Shown: piece after piece, positions 41,664 through 53,214 of the stretch
Numbering within the stretch: position 1 is the first letter of the stretch
Layout of the letters: each line of letters opens with the position of its first letter
Assembly (NCBI GenBank): GCA_000092065.1
Contig: CP000582.1
Strand: one strand, 5' to 3'
From: Ostreococcus lucimarinus
Lineage: Eukaryota
Length of the DNA: 64,000 nucleotides
Translations under genes and position numbers: made by a program
Notes under the pieces: model-generated
What the model was told of the DNA's origin: nothing
Database searches by the model: none
What the model saw: the letters and a program-made list of their open reading frames with translations, nothing else

Positions 41664-41832
41664 ACTTCAAACGTTTCTTAGCTGCAAGACGTCACGTGGC
41701 GGCACCTTGCAGCCGCCGCCCCGCTCGGGTCGTCGCAAGTTCACTCGCGCGCATTTATTGTCATACTGTAACGGGTGTTCACTTTATTTAACGCGTTAAG
41801 TATCACTTGCCATGCGATGGTCTAAAAAAAAA

Positions 41833-41905
41833 TGGCGACACCGCGGATCGAACGCGGGACCTTTAGATCTTCAGTCTAACGCTCTCCCAACTGAGCTATG
41901 TCACC
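41833..41905 (-). tRNA. tRNA-Phe (anticodon GAA).
   Basis: Minus-strand sequence GGTGACATAGCTCAGTTGGGAGAGCGTTAGACTGAAGATCTAAAGGTCCCGCGTTCGATCCGCGGTGTCGCCA. Acceptor GGTGACA/TGTCGCC; anticodon loop CTGAAGA; T-loop TTCGATC. Close to canonical eukaryotic tRNA-Phe. Confidence 0.9.
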
Positions 41906-42180
41906 GACTGAGCTCGAGGCATACTCGAGTAAGAGGTCTCCCGCTTTCCTCGCTTTCGCAAGGCGCGTTCCCGTACGACAACGGATTTTCGACTCAATAT
42001 ATTTCCTCTAACGAGTGGCATCATCGGCCGACGGCCGTTGGGAAGATGATGCCGTCAGTACTAAAGAATCTAGTGCTTTAGTGCTTATGTGGAAAACTGC
42101 TTACGATCGTCTGAAGAGACTGCCTCTTCCCGGTAGGGCTTTATTCTTTTTTTTATTCTGGTATTGACCGTCACACTGAT

Positions 42181-45100
42181 TCACGATGAAGTGAGTTCGA
42201 CTGTGTCACGCGAAAATCGCAATTCTTGAAAAACATCACTTGGGTTTTCGTTTCCTCCAACTCCTGCGATGACAAAAGTAAAAGTGAAACGCTTCCGAGC
42301 AGGTGCAAGAAATTCAGAGTGCACACATGGAAACCAACTGCAGTCTCCTCCTAAACCCATTTGGAATGTATCTAAATGTACGTGAATACTGTCACTTCGC
42401 TGAAGATCGTGCTGGTGGTTGGCTCGCGCCAGTTCAGCGTCAGAGAAATTTGACGCATTGAAATTGAAATTCTCCTTGCTCGTGAACAAGCACTTATTTC
42501 CGCTTGCGGAAGATTCTAAAGCCAGCCAGCGCACTTCTTGGCGAGCACCATTATCACTTGGTACTATATATGGAACATGAAGATCGTCAACAGTTGCGGA
42601 GTGGCGACCCAGAAACGCAGAGGACTTTCTATCTAAATAATTTTCATGTGGACCAAGTCCAAGCCACTCAACTTGTTGCATGGTTGCTCGACATTGCATC
42701 AGAACTCCAATTCGAGGAAGAGGTGGTAAATGAGGTGATAAATCGAATGTGCAAGTAACATTTAGATGACCAGACGCCAAGACCGTGTAATGAGAGCAAA
42801 GACGACATACAGTTTTCTTTTGAGCAGTTCGAAGCACAAGCTTACTAGCACAATGAAATCTTCCGAAGTTGTCTACGAAAGTTTCGACAGCTTCTTCGTG
42901 CTCATGCAAAGTATCCAGTCCTGCTTTGGCCCATCGCTCGGCAAAAGAAAAAATCCAACCACCACTGTCATTGTCTGTTGGAGCTCGCCATAAACTCGCT
43001 ATCGGGCCTGATTGAATCAACATTTCGCCGCGAAATTGAAACTTCAATAATCTACCGGAAGCTGCATTGAAAACATATGTGCTGTCTTGCGAAGTGACCC
43101 AAATCGCATCACTCAAATGCTCTATATGAATTGCAGCTTCACTGTTCAAGCTTCCCGGAACAGGGACTTTTTGTTGCGGCAACATAAGCTGACACTTTGC
43201 AATACTCACACCTTCAGGTATCCAAGACTGATGTTTGATGAACGAAGCCGATACGTCAATCCACCATTCTCCAAACACAAACTGCTTCCTCTGGACAAGC
43301 TGCGCGAGAGATGATAGTGATGGGAATAACTGGGACCATTCGTAAGAAGTTTCTGCTCCCGGTTGAATGTGAAGTTTGCTAAATTGGCCTTTCTTAAGTA
43401 TGAAGCCACTATCGAGAATCACGCACCAGTCGAACTTCATACACTCGAGATTTGTAAAGTGATATCGATTTTCAACGATAATCTTATCTCCTTGTGCGCG
43501 TATCATCGTAGGTTGTTGGAGATACTTCACTTCTTCCATGGCAGGATGAGGCGAACGGTCTGGGAAGACCAACCCGTTGATACAAAACTGCTTATCGTTT
43601 GGTGAATCTCCAAAATCTCCGCCATAGCCCCAATGAATTCGCCCATTTGTTGAACAGTTTAATCCTTGATCGATAAGGTCCCATATGAACCCTCCTTGCG
43701 CACTACGGTTGCTCCGAAACACTTCCCAATATTTGGCGAGACCACCATTGCTATTTCCCATGGCATGAGAATACTCACACAAAATGACTGGTCGATCATC
43801 CATCTGTGATGCAAGATCTTGGCAAATCTTAGGTGTTGCATACATGGGACAAATAATATCGGTGCACTTTGTCTTGAAGCCACCACCTTCATATTGAATT
43901 GGACGGGTTTTGTCATTTTGTTTTACCCATGAATACATAGCAAAGTGAGCGCCGCCACAACCTGACTCATTGCCAAGTGACCAAATAATGATAGAGCAAT
44001 GATTTTTGTCGCGTTGTACCATGCGTGATACTCTGGACATGTATGCATTTCTCCATACAGGATCATTTGCTAGATATGGCGTCGAATGTAAGCCAAACTC
44101 AAACCCATGTGTCTCAATATTGGCCTCATCAATAACGTACAATCCGTATTCATCACACAACTCATAAAACCTCGGATGATTCGGATAATGTGAAGTGCGC
44201 ACTGCGTTGAAATTGTTACGTTTCATCAGCAAAATGTCCTCTATCATGAGCTTCTCCGATACCGCCTTTCCCTCTACAGGGCAGTGTTCATGTCTATTTA
44301 CTCCTTGAAAAGTGATTCGTTTTTCGTTCACTAATAGTTGTTTGTTGAAAATCTGGACAGTTCGAAAGCCTACTCTGCACCCTTCGCAGTCTAAACACTC
44401 TCCAGATTCACTCTCCAAAATAATGGCAAGTAGATAAAGCGTTGGACGCTCAGACGACCATTCTGCCACGTTGCTTATGTTGAAGCATACATTTGCATAT
44501 TGCCTAACTTCCTCTATGTTTTTTTCTTGCGTTGTACCAAAATCAGGTGAATAGTGTTGGATAAGAAACTTGTCCGTAGTTCCAGTAGATATTTCACGTA
44601 AGGAAGAATCAAAAAGACGAACACGAAGACGTTTATTGTCATTGTTGAAGTACGCATTGGCGGTGTCACAAATTTCAATCCCAACTCGAAGCTCCCATGT
44701 GCCTGACTGCCAATCACAACACTCTGTCTGCACGGAGTAATCGCAGATATGTGACGCTCTTTTACGATACAAATAAACATCTCTGAATATTCCACTGAGC
44801 CACCATTGATCTTGATCCTCTAAGTAACTACCATCGCACCATCGATAAACGCGGACCACCACCAAGTTAGTCCCGCTTTGCAAAGAATCTGATACGTCGA
44901 ATTCGGCGGTCATTTTGCTATCTTGAGAGTAACCGACAAGTTGACCATTGATCCATATATGAAACGCTGCATCGACCCCCTCAAACACGATGAAAGTCCT
45001 TTCATATGATTCATTCCAGTCCATATCTAGCTGGAAGGTTCGCCTGTACAGGCCCGTCGGATTTGTCGCGTGCACGCAGTTTTCACACAGAACACCAGCA

Positions 45101-45462
45101 TCAATACCTAGCTTAATAGACGTACGCGCGACTGGTGGATGCAATGGAAAAGGATATTGAAAGTTTGTGTAAATAGGTCGATCCCATCCTTTGCATTGCC
45201 AATTTGCAGGGACTGGAATCTCTGCCCAGAACGTGTCTGAGAAGTTTGACAGTGTAAATTCATCAGATATGGCGCGTGGATTCTTCAGAAGCTTGAACTT
45301 CCACGTGCCATTCAGGTTCTGAACGTTGGCTAAATTAATTCTCTCATTCCAGAGGCCTCCACCTTTCCAGAAAGATATACATTCGTCCACAGTTCTGAAA
45401 GAATATAAGGTGCAGTGACTTGGCCTAGGCATATTTAGCACACATATAGAAACAGTCGACAC
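42181..45462 (-). CDS. GH2 beta-galactosidase (LacZ-type), a single 1093-aa exon.
   Basis: GH2 signatures NAVRTSHYPNHPRFYELCDEYGLYVIDEANIETHGF, acid/base WSLGNESG, nucleophile region ILCEYSHAMGNS, YLEDQDQWWLSGIFRDVYLY, and a C-terminal Bgal_small_N-like region. No introns, although neighbouring genes are intron-rich. Confidence 0.85.
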   Translation of the reverse strand: MSTVSICVLNMPRPSHCTLYSFRTVDECISFWKGGGLWNERINLANVQNLNGTWKFKLLKNPRAISDEFTLSNFSDTFWAEIPVPANWQCKGWDRPIYTNFQYPFPLHPPVARTSIKLGIDAGVLCENCVHATNPTGLYRRTFQLDMDWNESYERTFIVFEGVDAAFHIWINGQLVGYSQDSKMTAEFDVSDSLQSGTNLVVVRVYRWCDGSYLEDQDQWWLSGIFRDVYLYRKRASHICDYSVQTECCDWQSGTWELRVGIEICDTANAYFNNDNKRLRVRLFDSSLREISTGTTDKFLIQHYSPDFGTTQEKNIEEVRQYANVCFNISNVAEWSSERPTLYLLAIILESESGECLDCEGCRVGFRTVQIFNKQLLVNEKRITFQGVNRHEHCPVEGKAVSEKLMIEDILLMKRNNFNAVRTSHYPNHPRFYELCDEYGLYVIDEANIETHGFEFGLHSTPYLANDPVWRNAYMSRVSRMVQRDKNHCSIIIWSLGNESGCGGAHFAMYSWVKQNDKTRPIQYEGGGFKTKCTDIICPMYATPKICQDLASQMDDRPVILCEYSHAMGNSNGGLAKYWEVFRSNRSAQGGFIWDLIDQGLNCSTNGRIHWGYGGDFGDSPNDKQFCINGLVFPDRSPHPAMEEVKYLQQPTMIRAQGDKIIVENRYHFTNLECMKFDWCVILDSGFILKKGQFSKLHIQPGAETSYEWSQLFPSLSSLAQLVQRKQFVFGEWWIDVSASFIKHQSWIPEGVSIAKCQLMLPQQKVPVPGSLNSEAAIHIEHLSDAIWVTSQDSTYVFNAASGRLLKFQFRGEMLIQSGPIASLWRAPTDNDSGGWIFSFAERWAKAGLDTLHEHEEAVETFVDNFGRFHCASKLVLRTAQKKTVCRLCSHYTVLASGHLNVTCTFDLSPHLPPLPRIGVLMQCRATMQQVEWLGLGPHENYLDRKSSAFLGRHSATVDDLHVPYIVPSDNGARQEVRWLALESSASGNKCLFTSKENFNFNASNFSDAELARANHQHDLQRSDSIHVHLDTFQMGLGGDCSWFPCVHSEFLAPARKRFTFTFVIAGVGGNENPSDVFQELRFSRDTVELTSS

Positions 45463-47129
45463 GACCTACCTTCGATCACGACCAACAATAGATGCGTTCT
45501 CCCAGTCGGCGATTTCGGCCGACGATAAAGGCTCGTCTACCTATTTTTCGTGTGATTGCATTTCAATTAGTTGTATGCGACACGTACTGAAACCAGTTGC
45601 TCCTGAACGCAACTGTCGAAAAAGGTTGCGTAGGAACACTCCCCGATTCTGAGTATAATTGATAGCACGCGCGATGTGCGAAAAGTCCAGCTTTCGTAAA
45701 AGTTGATTATTCCCTGGAGACTAAAGCAACGAAACACGAAGCTTGCAAAGAGGTTCCAAAAGTACATTTTGGAATGCGCGTAGCGCTACGACAGCTGTTT
45801 GCTATGACCGCTGTTTCCGTCGAAGGATTACGTGTAGGTCGATTTCAAGACTTATGATATGTCGTACGCGTGACGCGTTCGCGAACACGCGTCGTCACTT
45901 GTGGGGGAGTGTTGCAGAGGGTACGACGCACTACCGAACTGGGCCTGACAACGCTTCTTTAAGTCTCCCAGGGTGCTGGAAAAATTTATATATCGCACCT
46001 TTAGAGAGTACCTACACACATGACGAGTCATGAACCGTGGATATATACGTATTTTACACCGTTTAGTGCCATCTACAATAGAGTATTCCTACCTTGGTGA
46101 AAAGTAGTAGTAGTATGTTGGTATGATACCTTTGCTGAAGGTCCTTCAGTGAAGGACCTTCAGACAAAGTTAGTTGAATACGGAGAAGACCGGCTCGCGG
46201 CGGACAGAATACACGACGTGCAACGAGAGCTTCGATACTGTCTTGTGATAGCAACCCAACTGAAATCAAGCGGAAGTATCGTCTGATTACGCAGCGATGC
46301 CCCGAACCGAAACTGGCAACGTTCGTCTTCTTGCACGTGTCCGACGGGGCGAGTCAGGGTCACCAGCGTACTTTTGATATCAGGGTGCTCCACAGCACAT
46401 CATAAGCATCAAATTCAAAATTAGTTGCTACCCAATTGAATCCTCTGTGGTCATCTACGATGCCGACTGAAGACCGCGGTGGACTTTCTGGCCCAACAGT
46501 ACTCAAGTTTCTTCGCACGACCAGTCTAGTAGCTTTTAAGTTGTGGGCACCAGGTATAGAAAGTATTCCAGTCGAAACACTATCTTTCTCAGACTCAACA
46601 TAGGACCATTCAAGTTAGTGCTGTGCAAGGACCTACTGCGCTCAGTACAAATGGCGCTCGTGAAAACACGCTCAGTGCAAAAAAATATATTATGTGACAA
46701 CTCAAGTTGTACTACTCCAGTACCCCTCTTAAGCAGAGTGTTTCACGGTGTATCAACTAGCATAATATGGAGGCTTCAATTAAATGTTGAGGTATGACAT
46801 TGGTACAGTCAATTCCTCCTTCATTTGGATTCAGATTACTCTTTTAGCTCCTCGGTTTATGTGTTCGCTTTTTACTCCCTGGAACATTCAGAACCTTGCA
46901 GTTCTACAATCTCCTTTTCAAGTTGACGTGCGGGTACGTCAAAACAGCAGTCTGGTGCGTTATTAACACTCTTCTTTCGTCATGGTTTGAACGATTCTTA
47001 CATACATAGGGATATACGAACCGCGAAATGCATATCGGAGTTGAAGGTGCCTCGTTGCTTTTCCCATACTATATTCAATATTCATGACAAGATTTAGGAA
47101 TGCTGGGACTCTCGCCATAGCAAGGCCGC

Positions 47130-48648
47130 AAATTTGACAAAAAGGACATTGTTAAAATTATCAGGTTTCTACTTGAAGGTACTTTCACTTTGCAAGATGC
47201 ACTTGGTGGCTAAAAGTAGCCTAGGTAGCGCAAGTTTTTGCCACGAAAGCAGATCTACTACCAAAAGAATACGTTCACGCGCTCAGCTGCGTTCTTGATG
47301 ATTGCGCTCCGATGCCCGTCGGTGAGGTCAAGAGAGTGGTAGAGCGAGAATTAGGCGCTCCAATATCGAAGATTTTTCATCGATTTGACTTGCAACCGAT
47401 CGGCTCAGCCACTATTGCTCAAGTCCACCGCGCAGTCTTGCAAGACGGTCGACATGTCGCTGTAAAAGTACAAAATACTCGAAACAAAAAGCTGATGCGA
47501 TTTGATTTACGCAACATGCTTTTTGTTTCTCGGTTACTGGATCGACTTCGAGTATATCTTCCGTTCGATCATACAAGCATTTTAGTAGAATATTCCACAC
47601 AGGTACGCACAATACACCTGCAAGTATTAATGTTCAACTTAACGTCACCCAGGTACCTCTGGAATTTGATTTTAATAGGGAGAGACGCATGTTGAGCGTC
47701 CTAGGTCGTCGTATTAGCTCTAATCATAAAGTTCGTGTTCCAGCACCGATCGATGGACTCTGCACTGCTCAAGTGTTGACTATGACTTTGATTGAAGGCA
47801 AACCTTTAGCAACTTTTACGTCAGTCAGCTCAAAGAAAAATGTGGAGGGCAATCTTGATTATCTTAGAGACAATTTGAGGGAATTACTAGCAAGCTTTGG
47901 ATTTCAAATCTTGAACTTAGGTGTTTTTCACAGTGATCCCCATCCGGGCAATATTTTACTAAGAGATTTTCGAGACATTGCGCTGATAGATTTTGGTCAG
48001 GTGAAAATATTATCTGATGAAACACGAGTGCTGTTTGCGCATCTTGTCGTATCATTGTACGAAGAGTCGGATCAATTGTACGCAATATTAAAAACACTCA
48101 AAGTTGAGTTTACAATAAATGATCCAAAATTGATAAGGACCATAGCTTCAATTCTGTTTGATACACGCATGGATATACCCGAAGCACTCGTATCCCCACT
48201 AGATTCTGAATTTCCAGCGGAACTACGCAGTGTGAGAATAAATGTGATACCCACGGAGGTTTTCATGATTATTCGTATCATTGCTATATTTCGAGGCATC
48301 TTTTCAGCTTTGGATATCGATTTACATGCGAGGAAACTTTGGGTCAGCAGTGCACGACAAACAATTCTCGATTCCGAGCGTGTATATAACTTCAATATTC
48401 TAGCGACACCAAGAAATGAAGTGAACATCGTTGATCAGCTGAAGCATTTTAGTGCTTGGCTTGCCCTTCATGGCTTGCCTCACCAGAGGGAGTATATGAT
48501 GGCTTTTGCGAAGTTACATGTGTTTTGTATCAAAGATTTACGGAAACTTGCCGCAGAGAACGAGCGATCAGCACTTGATGCCGTATTCGCAAACTTCTCG
48601 GAACAGGATAGAAGCCGTTGTCTAAAACTTTGCTATGAGCATTCATGA
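47130..48648 (+). CDS. ABC1/ADCK (UbiB-family) atypical kinase, multi-exon (start approximate).
   Basis: Exons: ...KRTLLKLSGFYLK | VAQVFATKADLLPKEYVHALSCVLDDCAPMPVGEVKRVVERELGAPISKIFHRFDLQPIGSATIAQVHRAVLQDGRHVAVKVQ...LVEYSTQ | (50-nt intron 47606-47655) | VPLEFDFNRERRMLSVLG...HSDPHPGNILL...IALIDFGQVKIL. Confidence 0.7.
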
Positions 48649-49090
48649 AAGCGAATATCATAGTTCAACCTGTGTCTTCGTCGAGTACCAGGAGCACTTA
48701 TTCAACTTATTCAACCAAATTTTGGATTAACGTGAATCCCGACCGGGATACTTTAAAATAGTAATTACATTTTATTAGATCTTAAAAATCTCTCAATGCA
48801 GCAAATTTTCAGTTCAGGTGCCTGTGAATGTTTAATAAATAAAATAACACACGGGCGTGCCGTTCCTCAACACCCCCGCCAGTCGCCAGACACGCACATA
48901 TACCGAACTGATTCGAGCCGTCGAATGGTCACGTAAAGCACGCATATTGCAGAGTCCTACCGTTGTTCAACTTTTAACTAGAGTTCGCGATGGGTAAGTC
49001 CATCGCTCACGCCAGTCACTCCCACTTCAACTCATACATTTTTGTTACAATACAGGCATTAAGGAGGGTCTCTCCGAACTTTGGGATGAC

Positions 49091-50794
49091 TTGATGTCTT
49101 ATCGGACACTTAAGGTGGTCAAAATAAGCGATAGGCGCCTGGCCTATGTTCACAAGACGCTCATGGTGACGATTCTTGTGTACGCTCTCGTTTCAGTCAT
49201 CGGGGCCCACACGTACATGCTCAAGGAAAAGCCACGAGCATACATGTCTACCATATTCAATGATACAGTGAGAGATTTGAATCTCGCTGATAGTGCAATG
49301 CTCAATCAAATTTATTGCAACGCGTCATATTCGGACTTCGCTGGAGACTCACTTGTACCGGAAGGTTCATATTTAAATAACAGTTGCGTCACTCATATAC
49401 CGACAGCACAAATGGTTGAAACTGATGAGGTGGCTACGTTCATCGCGACGCATTTGAAGTCGAGAATGTTTACAAGATCGTGTGCAGATGCTTTGACCCA
49501 GGTCGGTTGCAGCATATCATATCAAACAGATGTTAATCAGTTCCCACTTGATCCAGACAACTTAATCCTGCAAATCCGGCCGCGTTTTGTTACGAGTTGG
49601 GGGTATAACGGCTATCCCGAATCGGTTGCTGTATTTGATCACACGTCGACAGCATTTCGAACATTTTACTCTAACGATGCGAATAACTCGGCGAAATTCC
49701 CGATTATGTACCTTCATGAGATCCTGCGATTAGCTGGTATCGAGCTGGACGAAAGAAACGAGATTGAAGTTTCGTCCGCTTTCGCCACGAATTTTCCCAT
49801 TTATCGGCTGACGGGCGTGCGATTGAGTGTTGACTTGACTTTTAGTAACTTTCGTCCGATGTCGCACTTCAAACCGTTCGATTTCAGTGCTGAAGCAGAT
49901 ATGAATATTCAACTGAGCAGTGAGGGAAGCTTTGTCACAAGCGTAGACATGGTGCATTTCTCCGGACCAGCATCAGATATCTCTGCAAGTGGAACTGTGA
50001 TGCAGTACAGAGGAGTGCAATTGGAGTATGGTGCAAAGGGTCTGATGGGCAAAGCTGACTTCTACACAGCAATGATGGCAATAATGAGCTGCTTCATTAT
50101 GGTCTCTGTCGCGACAACGGTTGTTGATATTATCGGTGCTTTTATCTACGATTCTTTCAAAGACGATAAAATAGAAGATGACGGTGAGCGACAGCATTTA
50201 GAGCACATGATTCTAAACTTGGAGACCGTTGGCGTGCCTTTCGGACACGACGACTTACAAATTCTACCAAATGTATCCATGAAGGAGTTCCTTCAGTTGC
50301 TTCAACGTGACATCGTCAAATTGAACGCTCTGGCGCACCACATGAGTCGTGATTTGGCAGCAGCAGGAGTAAATCAGCACACGGTATCAATCCAACAACC
50401 AACCAAGCATGCAAGTATGCCGAAGTATAAATGTAAACTTGTCGCACCCGATAGAACAGACGTTTACCTCACCGGTGGGCCTCAAACAATTGGACGTGGG
50501 CACGGTGGTTGTGAATCAAAGCGCATTTCACATAAGCAGCTAAGTATTATAGCGAATATTCAAACCGGCGTGGCTTTGGTGAAAGGTCTGCACACGAAGA
50601 ATGTGTCTGGTGTCGCTTTAGCCGGTGGTGCATGGCAGACGCTCGGCGCAAATGATGAAGTTGAGCTGGAGGCAGGTGATATGATAGCATTAATATTAGA
50701 CCAGAACGAAGAGGAGACAAGCGCAGAGGGTGTTTTCATTTACGCTGTCGAGAAATTCGAGGAAATAACGAGTAAGAGCTGGTTTAGTCTTTGA
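49091..50794 (+). CDS. P2X-receptor-like ATP-gated channel homologue with a C-terminal FHA-like extension.
   Basis: TM1-like region YRTLKVVKISDRRLAYVHKTLMVTILVYALVSVIGAHTYMLKEK. Cys-rich ectodomain with an NFR motif (FSNFRPM). Pre-TM2/TM2 GAKGLMGKADFYTAMMAIMSCFIMVSVATTVVDIIGAFIY resembles the P2X GTGGKFDIIPT...LCDII region. The C-terminal 150 aa (IGRGHGG...ISHKQLSI...GDMIAL) is FHA-like. Confidence 0.55.
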   Translation: MMSYRTLKVVKISDRRLAYVHKTLMVTILVYALVSVIGAHTYMLKEKPRAYMSTIFNDTVRDLNLADSAMLNQIYCNASYSDFAGDSLVPEGSYLNNSCVTHIPTAQMVETDEVATFIATHLKSRMFTRSCADALTQVGCSISYQTDVNQFPLDPDNLILQIRPRFVTSWGYNGYPESVAVFDHTSTAFRTFYSNDANNSAKFPIMYLHEILRLAGIELDERNEIEVSSAFATNFPIYRLTGVRLSVDLTFSNFRPMSHFKPFDFSAEADMNIQLSSEGSFVTSVDMVHFSGPASDISASGTVMQYRGVQLEYGAKGLMGKADFYTAMMAIMSCFIMVSVATTVVDIIGAFIYDSFKDDKIEDDGERQHLEHMILNLETVGVPFGHDDLQILPNVSMKEFLQLLQRDIVKLNALAHHMSRDLAAAGVNQHTVSIQQPTKHASMPKYKCKLVAPDRTDVYLTGGPQTIGRGHGGCESKRISHKQLSIIANIQTGVALVKGLHTKNVSGVALAGGAWQTLGANDEVELEAGDMIALILDQNEEETSAEGVFIYAVEKFEEITSKSWFSL

Positions 50795-51062
50795 AAGACG
50801 AGACATTTTGCAAGAATGCAGGAGCGAAGCGTGAAAAAGATCCAGGCAACGACCACACCTACTAACCGATGTCCTTGAGAAGTTTTCCATAGTAAACAAA
50901 TTTCCACTGTGTCTGCTTGTAATGTAACCACCTATCTTCAAATAGGGAAAGATTTCTTTGAGACGTCTCTCCATTCATGGGAACTAGTGTTGCGAAAAAT
51001 AAAGCTGCCTTCGGGAATACTTAATAGGCGATTGCGTCTTTAATAGTTCGAGTGCAAGCAGC

Positions 51063-52606
51063 TTACCTCGAGCCATGTGAGTGCCTCGCACATTTGAGCC
51101 TCATAAAATAGTCCTGCAGAGGTGTTAATCTAATCCTAACTACAAGCAGAAATAGAACACCTTCAACGTTCATTTCTGAATTCTTTTCCGCCTGGTACTC
51201 TTGCAAAAATGATAGCAAACTTTCATCGTAGAAGGAGTTCGTAGTTCGAAACAATTTCATTGTATCGAATCCACGATAATTTGGGCCGGCTAAATCAATG
51301 TCGATCAACTTTAGTGAAACGAAGGTATGAGGTGTAAGTAAGTGACTTCAACGTGAAGTTTATGGTGTACCTTGAAGTTTCGGTCCTGTTGGTAGATTAC
51401 GTTCGATGGCTTCAGGTCACCGTGACAGAAACAGATAGGTAAGTGAACGCTCTGGATATTTTGTGAGATACTATTGAATTTTGGACACTCATATACACGC
51501 CTTGAAGAAAGATTCCACTTTGAACACTTCATCCTCTAATTCCTAAAGCAATGTCAACTTGTCAACTTGAGCGACCACCAACTGGTACTTTGCGCTTTGC
51601 GCCGCACCTTGACCCCAACACCAGCGATCATGCCCCCCTTTGAAAATCTTAGTCTCATTAACATCCGGGGATTTCGACACTACCTCAAGTGGTCGCAACT
51701 GCATCAGCATTTGATGAAACCATTTCCATATGAGTGCCCGCTCACGTCCTTCACAAGTCAGGGGAAGTAAAGGTTTCAAGATCTCAAATGATTCACCCTC
51801 TACGTGCACTGAGTGCAGCCTACTTATTCTACGATATTGTGACAAAAGATTTAACATTCTTGTTCAAAGATTCGAGAGTGTGCTTACAATTTAGCAGTTG
51901 ACTTGCAGAACGAAAGTTCCTTCATATCTTCTTCTCGGAGAACTCGGCCATCCAAGTACTCAGTAACGATGATATCATCGGCGTGTGAAATATAATGCGG
52001 ACAAATGCCACGTTCTGCCAAAGTTTTATGCATCTCGATGCAACTGCGCGCTCTTGAGACAGTTGAAATGTACTGTGTACTTCACGCCTACCTCAGTAAG
52101 TCACAGCGCAGTTTTGACAACTTGCTGTACTTTTTTACTACAAAGGTTTCGCCTCCACATGAGACCTTGTGCAGATGTGAATTTTAGTTTTTAAATAATG
52201 TAGCGCCGTTTCGTATCGGATACCTTGAAAACTTGGTTGCAGAAGCCTTCTGTGAACTGTGCGCACTCGAGTCTAACAGAAAAAGTTTAGGTATTGAGAA
52301 TATCCAAGATCGGCGGCGGATATGAGTAACTTACTTCACCGAATGCTTGTAATTTAAAATACTTTTGATGGCGTCAACATCTTCCACACTTAGTGATGTT
52401 GCTACTTTTTTCGAGAAAGCAGTTGCGCTTGGACTCCGTCGAGTTTGTCGAACTTTGCAATAACTTGGTCGTTCCGGTCGGGAAAGGACGAAAGCATGCA
52501 TCACCCTCTCATGCAGGGGTATCAAGCATATCTTAACTTGCTCTAGTAGAGAGAAGCAAGTGCGAAACGCGTCGGCCTGTCCTGGGCATAGCCGGTCTCC
52601 CGGCAA
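51063..52606 (-). CDS. Choline/ethanolamine kinase, multi-exon span.
   Basis: Exon 51311-51532 has ...LPICFCHGDLKPSNVIYQ (Brenner phosphotransferase motif). Exon 51063-51308 has IDIDLAGPNYRGFD (choline kinase motif). Further upstream exons at 51543-51857 and about 52331-52606. Confidence 0.6.
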
Positions 52607-53154
52607 ACTGCTGAATTGTGAAAAATAGCAATAGTGGCAAATTGTACTTACTAGTCCTGTATTGTACTTGTGTGACTATCTATATAAATCCGCGAAATAT
52701 AGCACAGTTATGAAAATCTATTCGCAACATCGAGAACTCGAGAAGCATGTCCGTTCGTTTGAAAAATTCGAACTTAGCTGCATCGACGGCTCGTCAGTAC
52801 GAAGCCTGAACAAGGTCTGCGTACAGCCATTGAAGGCAGCACCTCGACCTCGACACAGAGGAAGAAAACAAGAGAGAAAGGATATAGACACAGAGACACA
52901 GACAGAGATGTCAACACGTCCGACGTTTACATACGAAGTGCGTACCCATTTCTCGCGTTCTGCAAGCTCAGGCGTATGACTCCCCGGTAGGAAACGGATT
53001 TCATATCACAAGATATACTGGTCGAAATAACACCACATTTTTTACGCGAGGTAAGCATATTTCCGTCCGGATTACTTCATTACGTTAACAGCGAACGACG
53101 TTTTCTGCATACAGCGCGATCAACTTGTAACTGCTGAGGTAAGGTTCGCGAAAA

Positions 53155-53165
53155 GAGTGAGAGAG

Positions 53166-53213
<48 letters not shown>
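53155..53213. repeat. (GA)n/(TC)n dinucleotide microsatellite.
   Basis: About 25 uninterrupted GA repeats are visible in the sequence. Confidence 0.95.

Positions 53214-53214
<1 letters not shown>

Noticed and set aside
46127-46160. Near-palindromic duplicated motif gaaggtccttcagtgaaggaccttcag.
   Set aside because: Short isolated hairpin-capable repeat in an unannotated intergenic stretch. No flanking structure suggesting a miniature inverted-repeat transposable element (MITE), terminator or ncRNA.
45470-46900. Several short ORFs (45743..46033, 46160..46393, 46543..46797) between beta-galactosidase and the ABC1 kinase.
   Set aside because: No recognisable motifs. Likely UTR or intergenic sequence, or unmodelled upstream exons of the ABC1 kinase. 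Not enough evidence to call.
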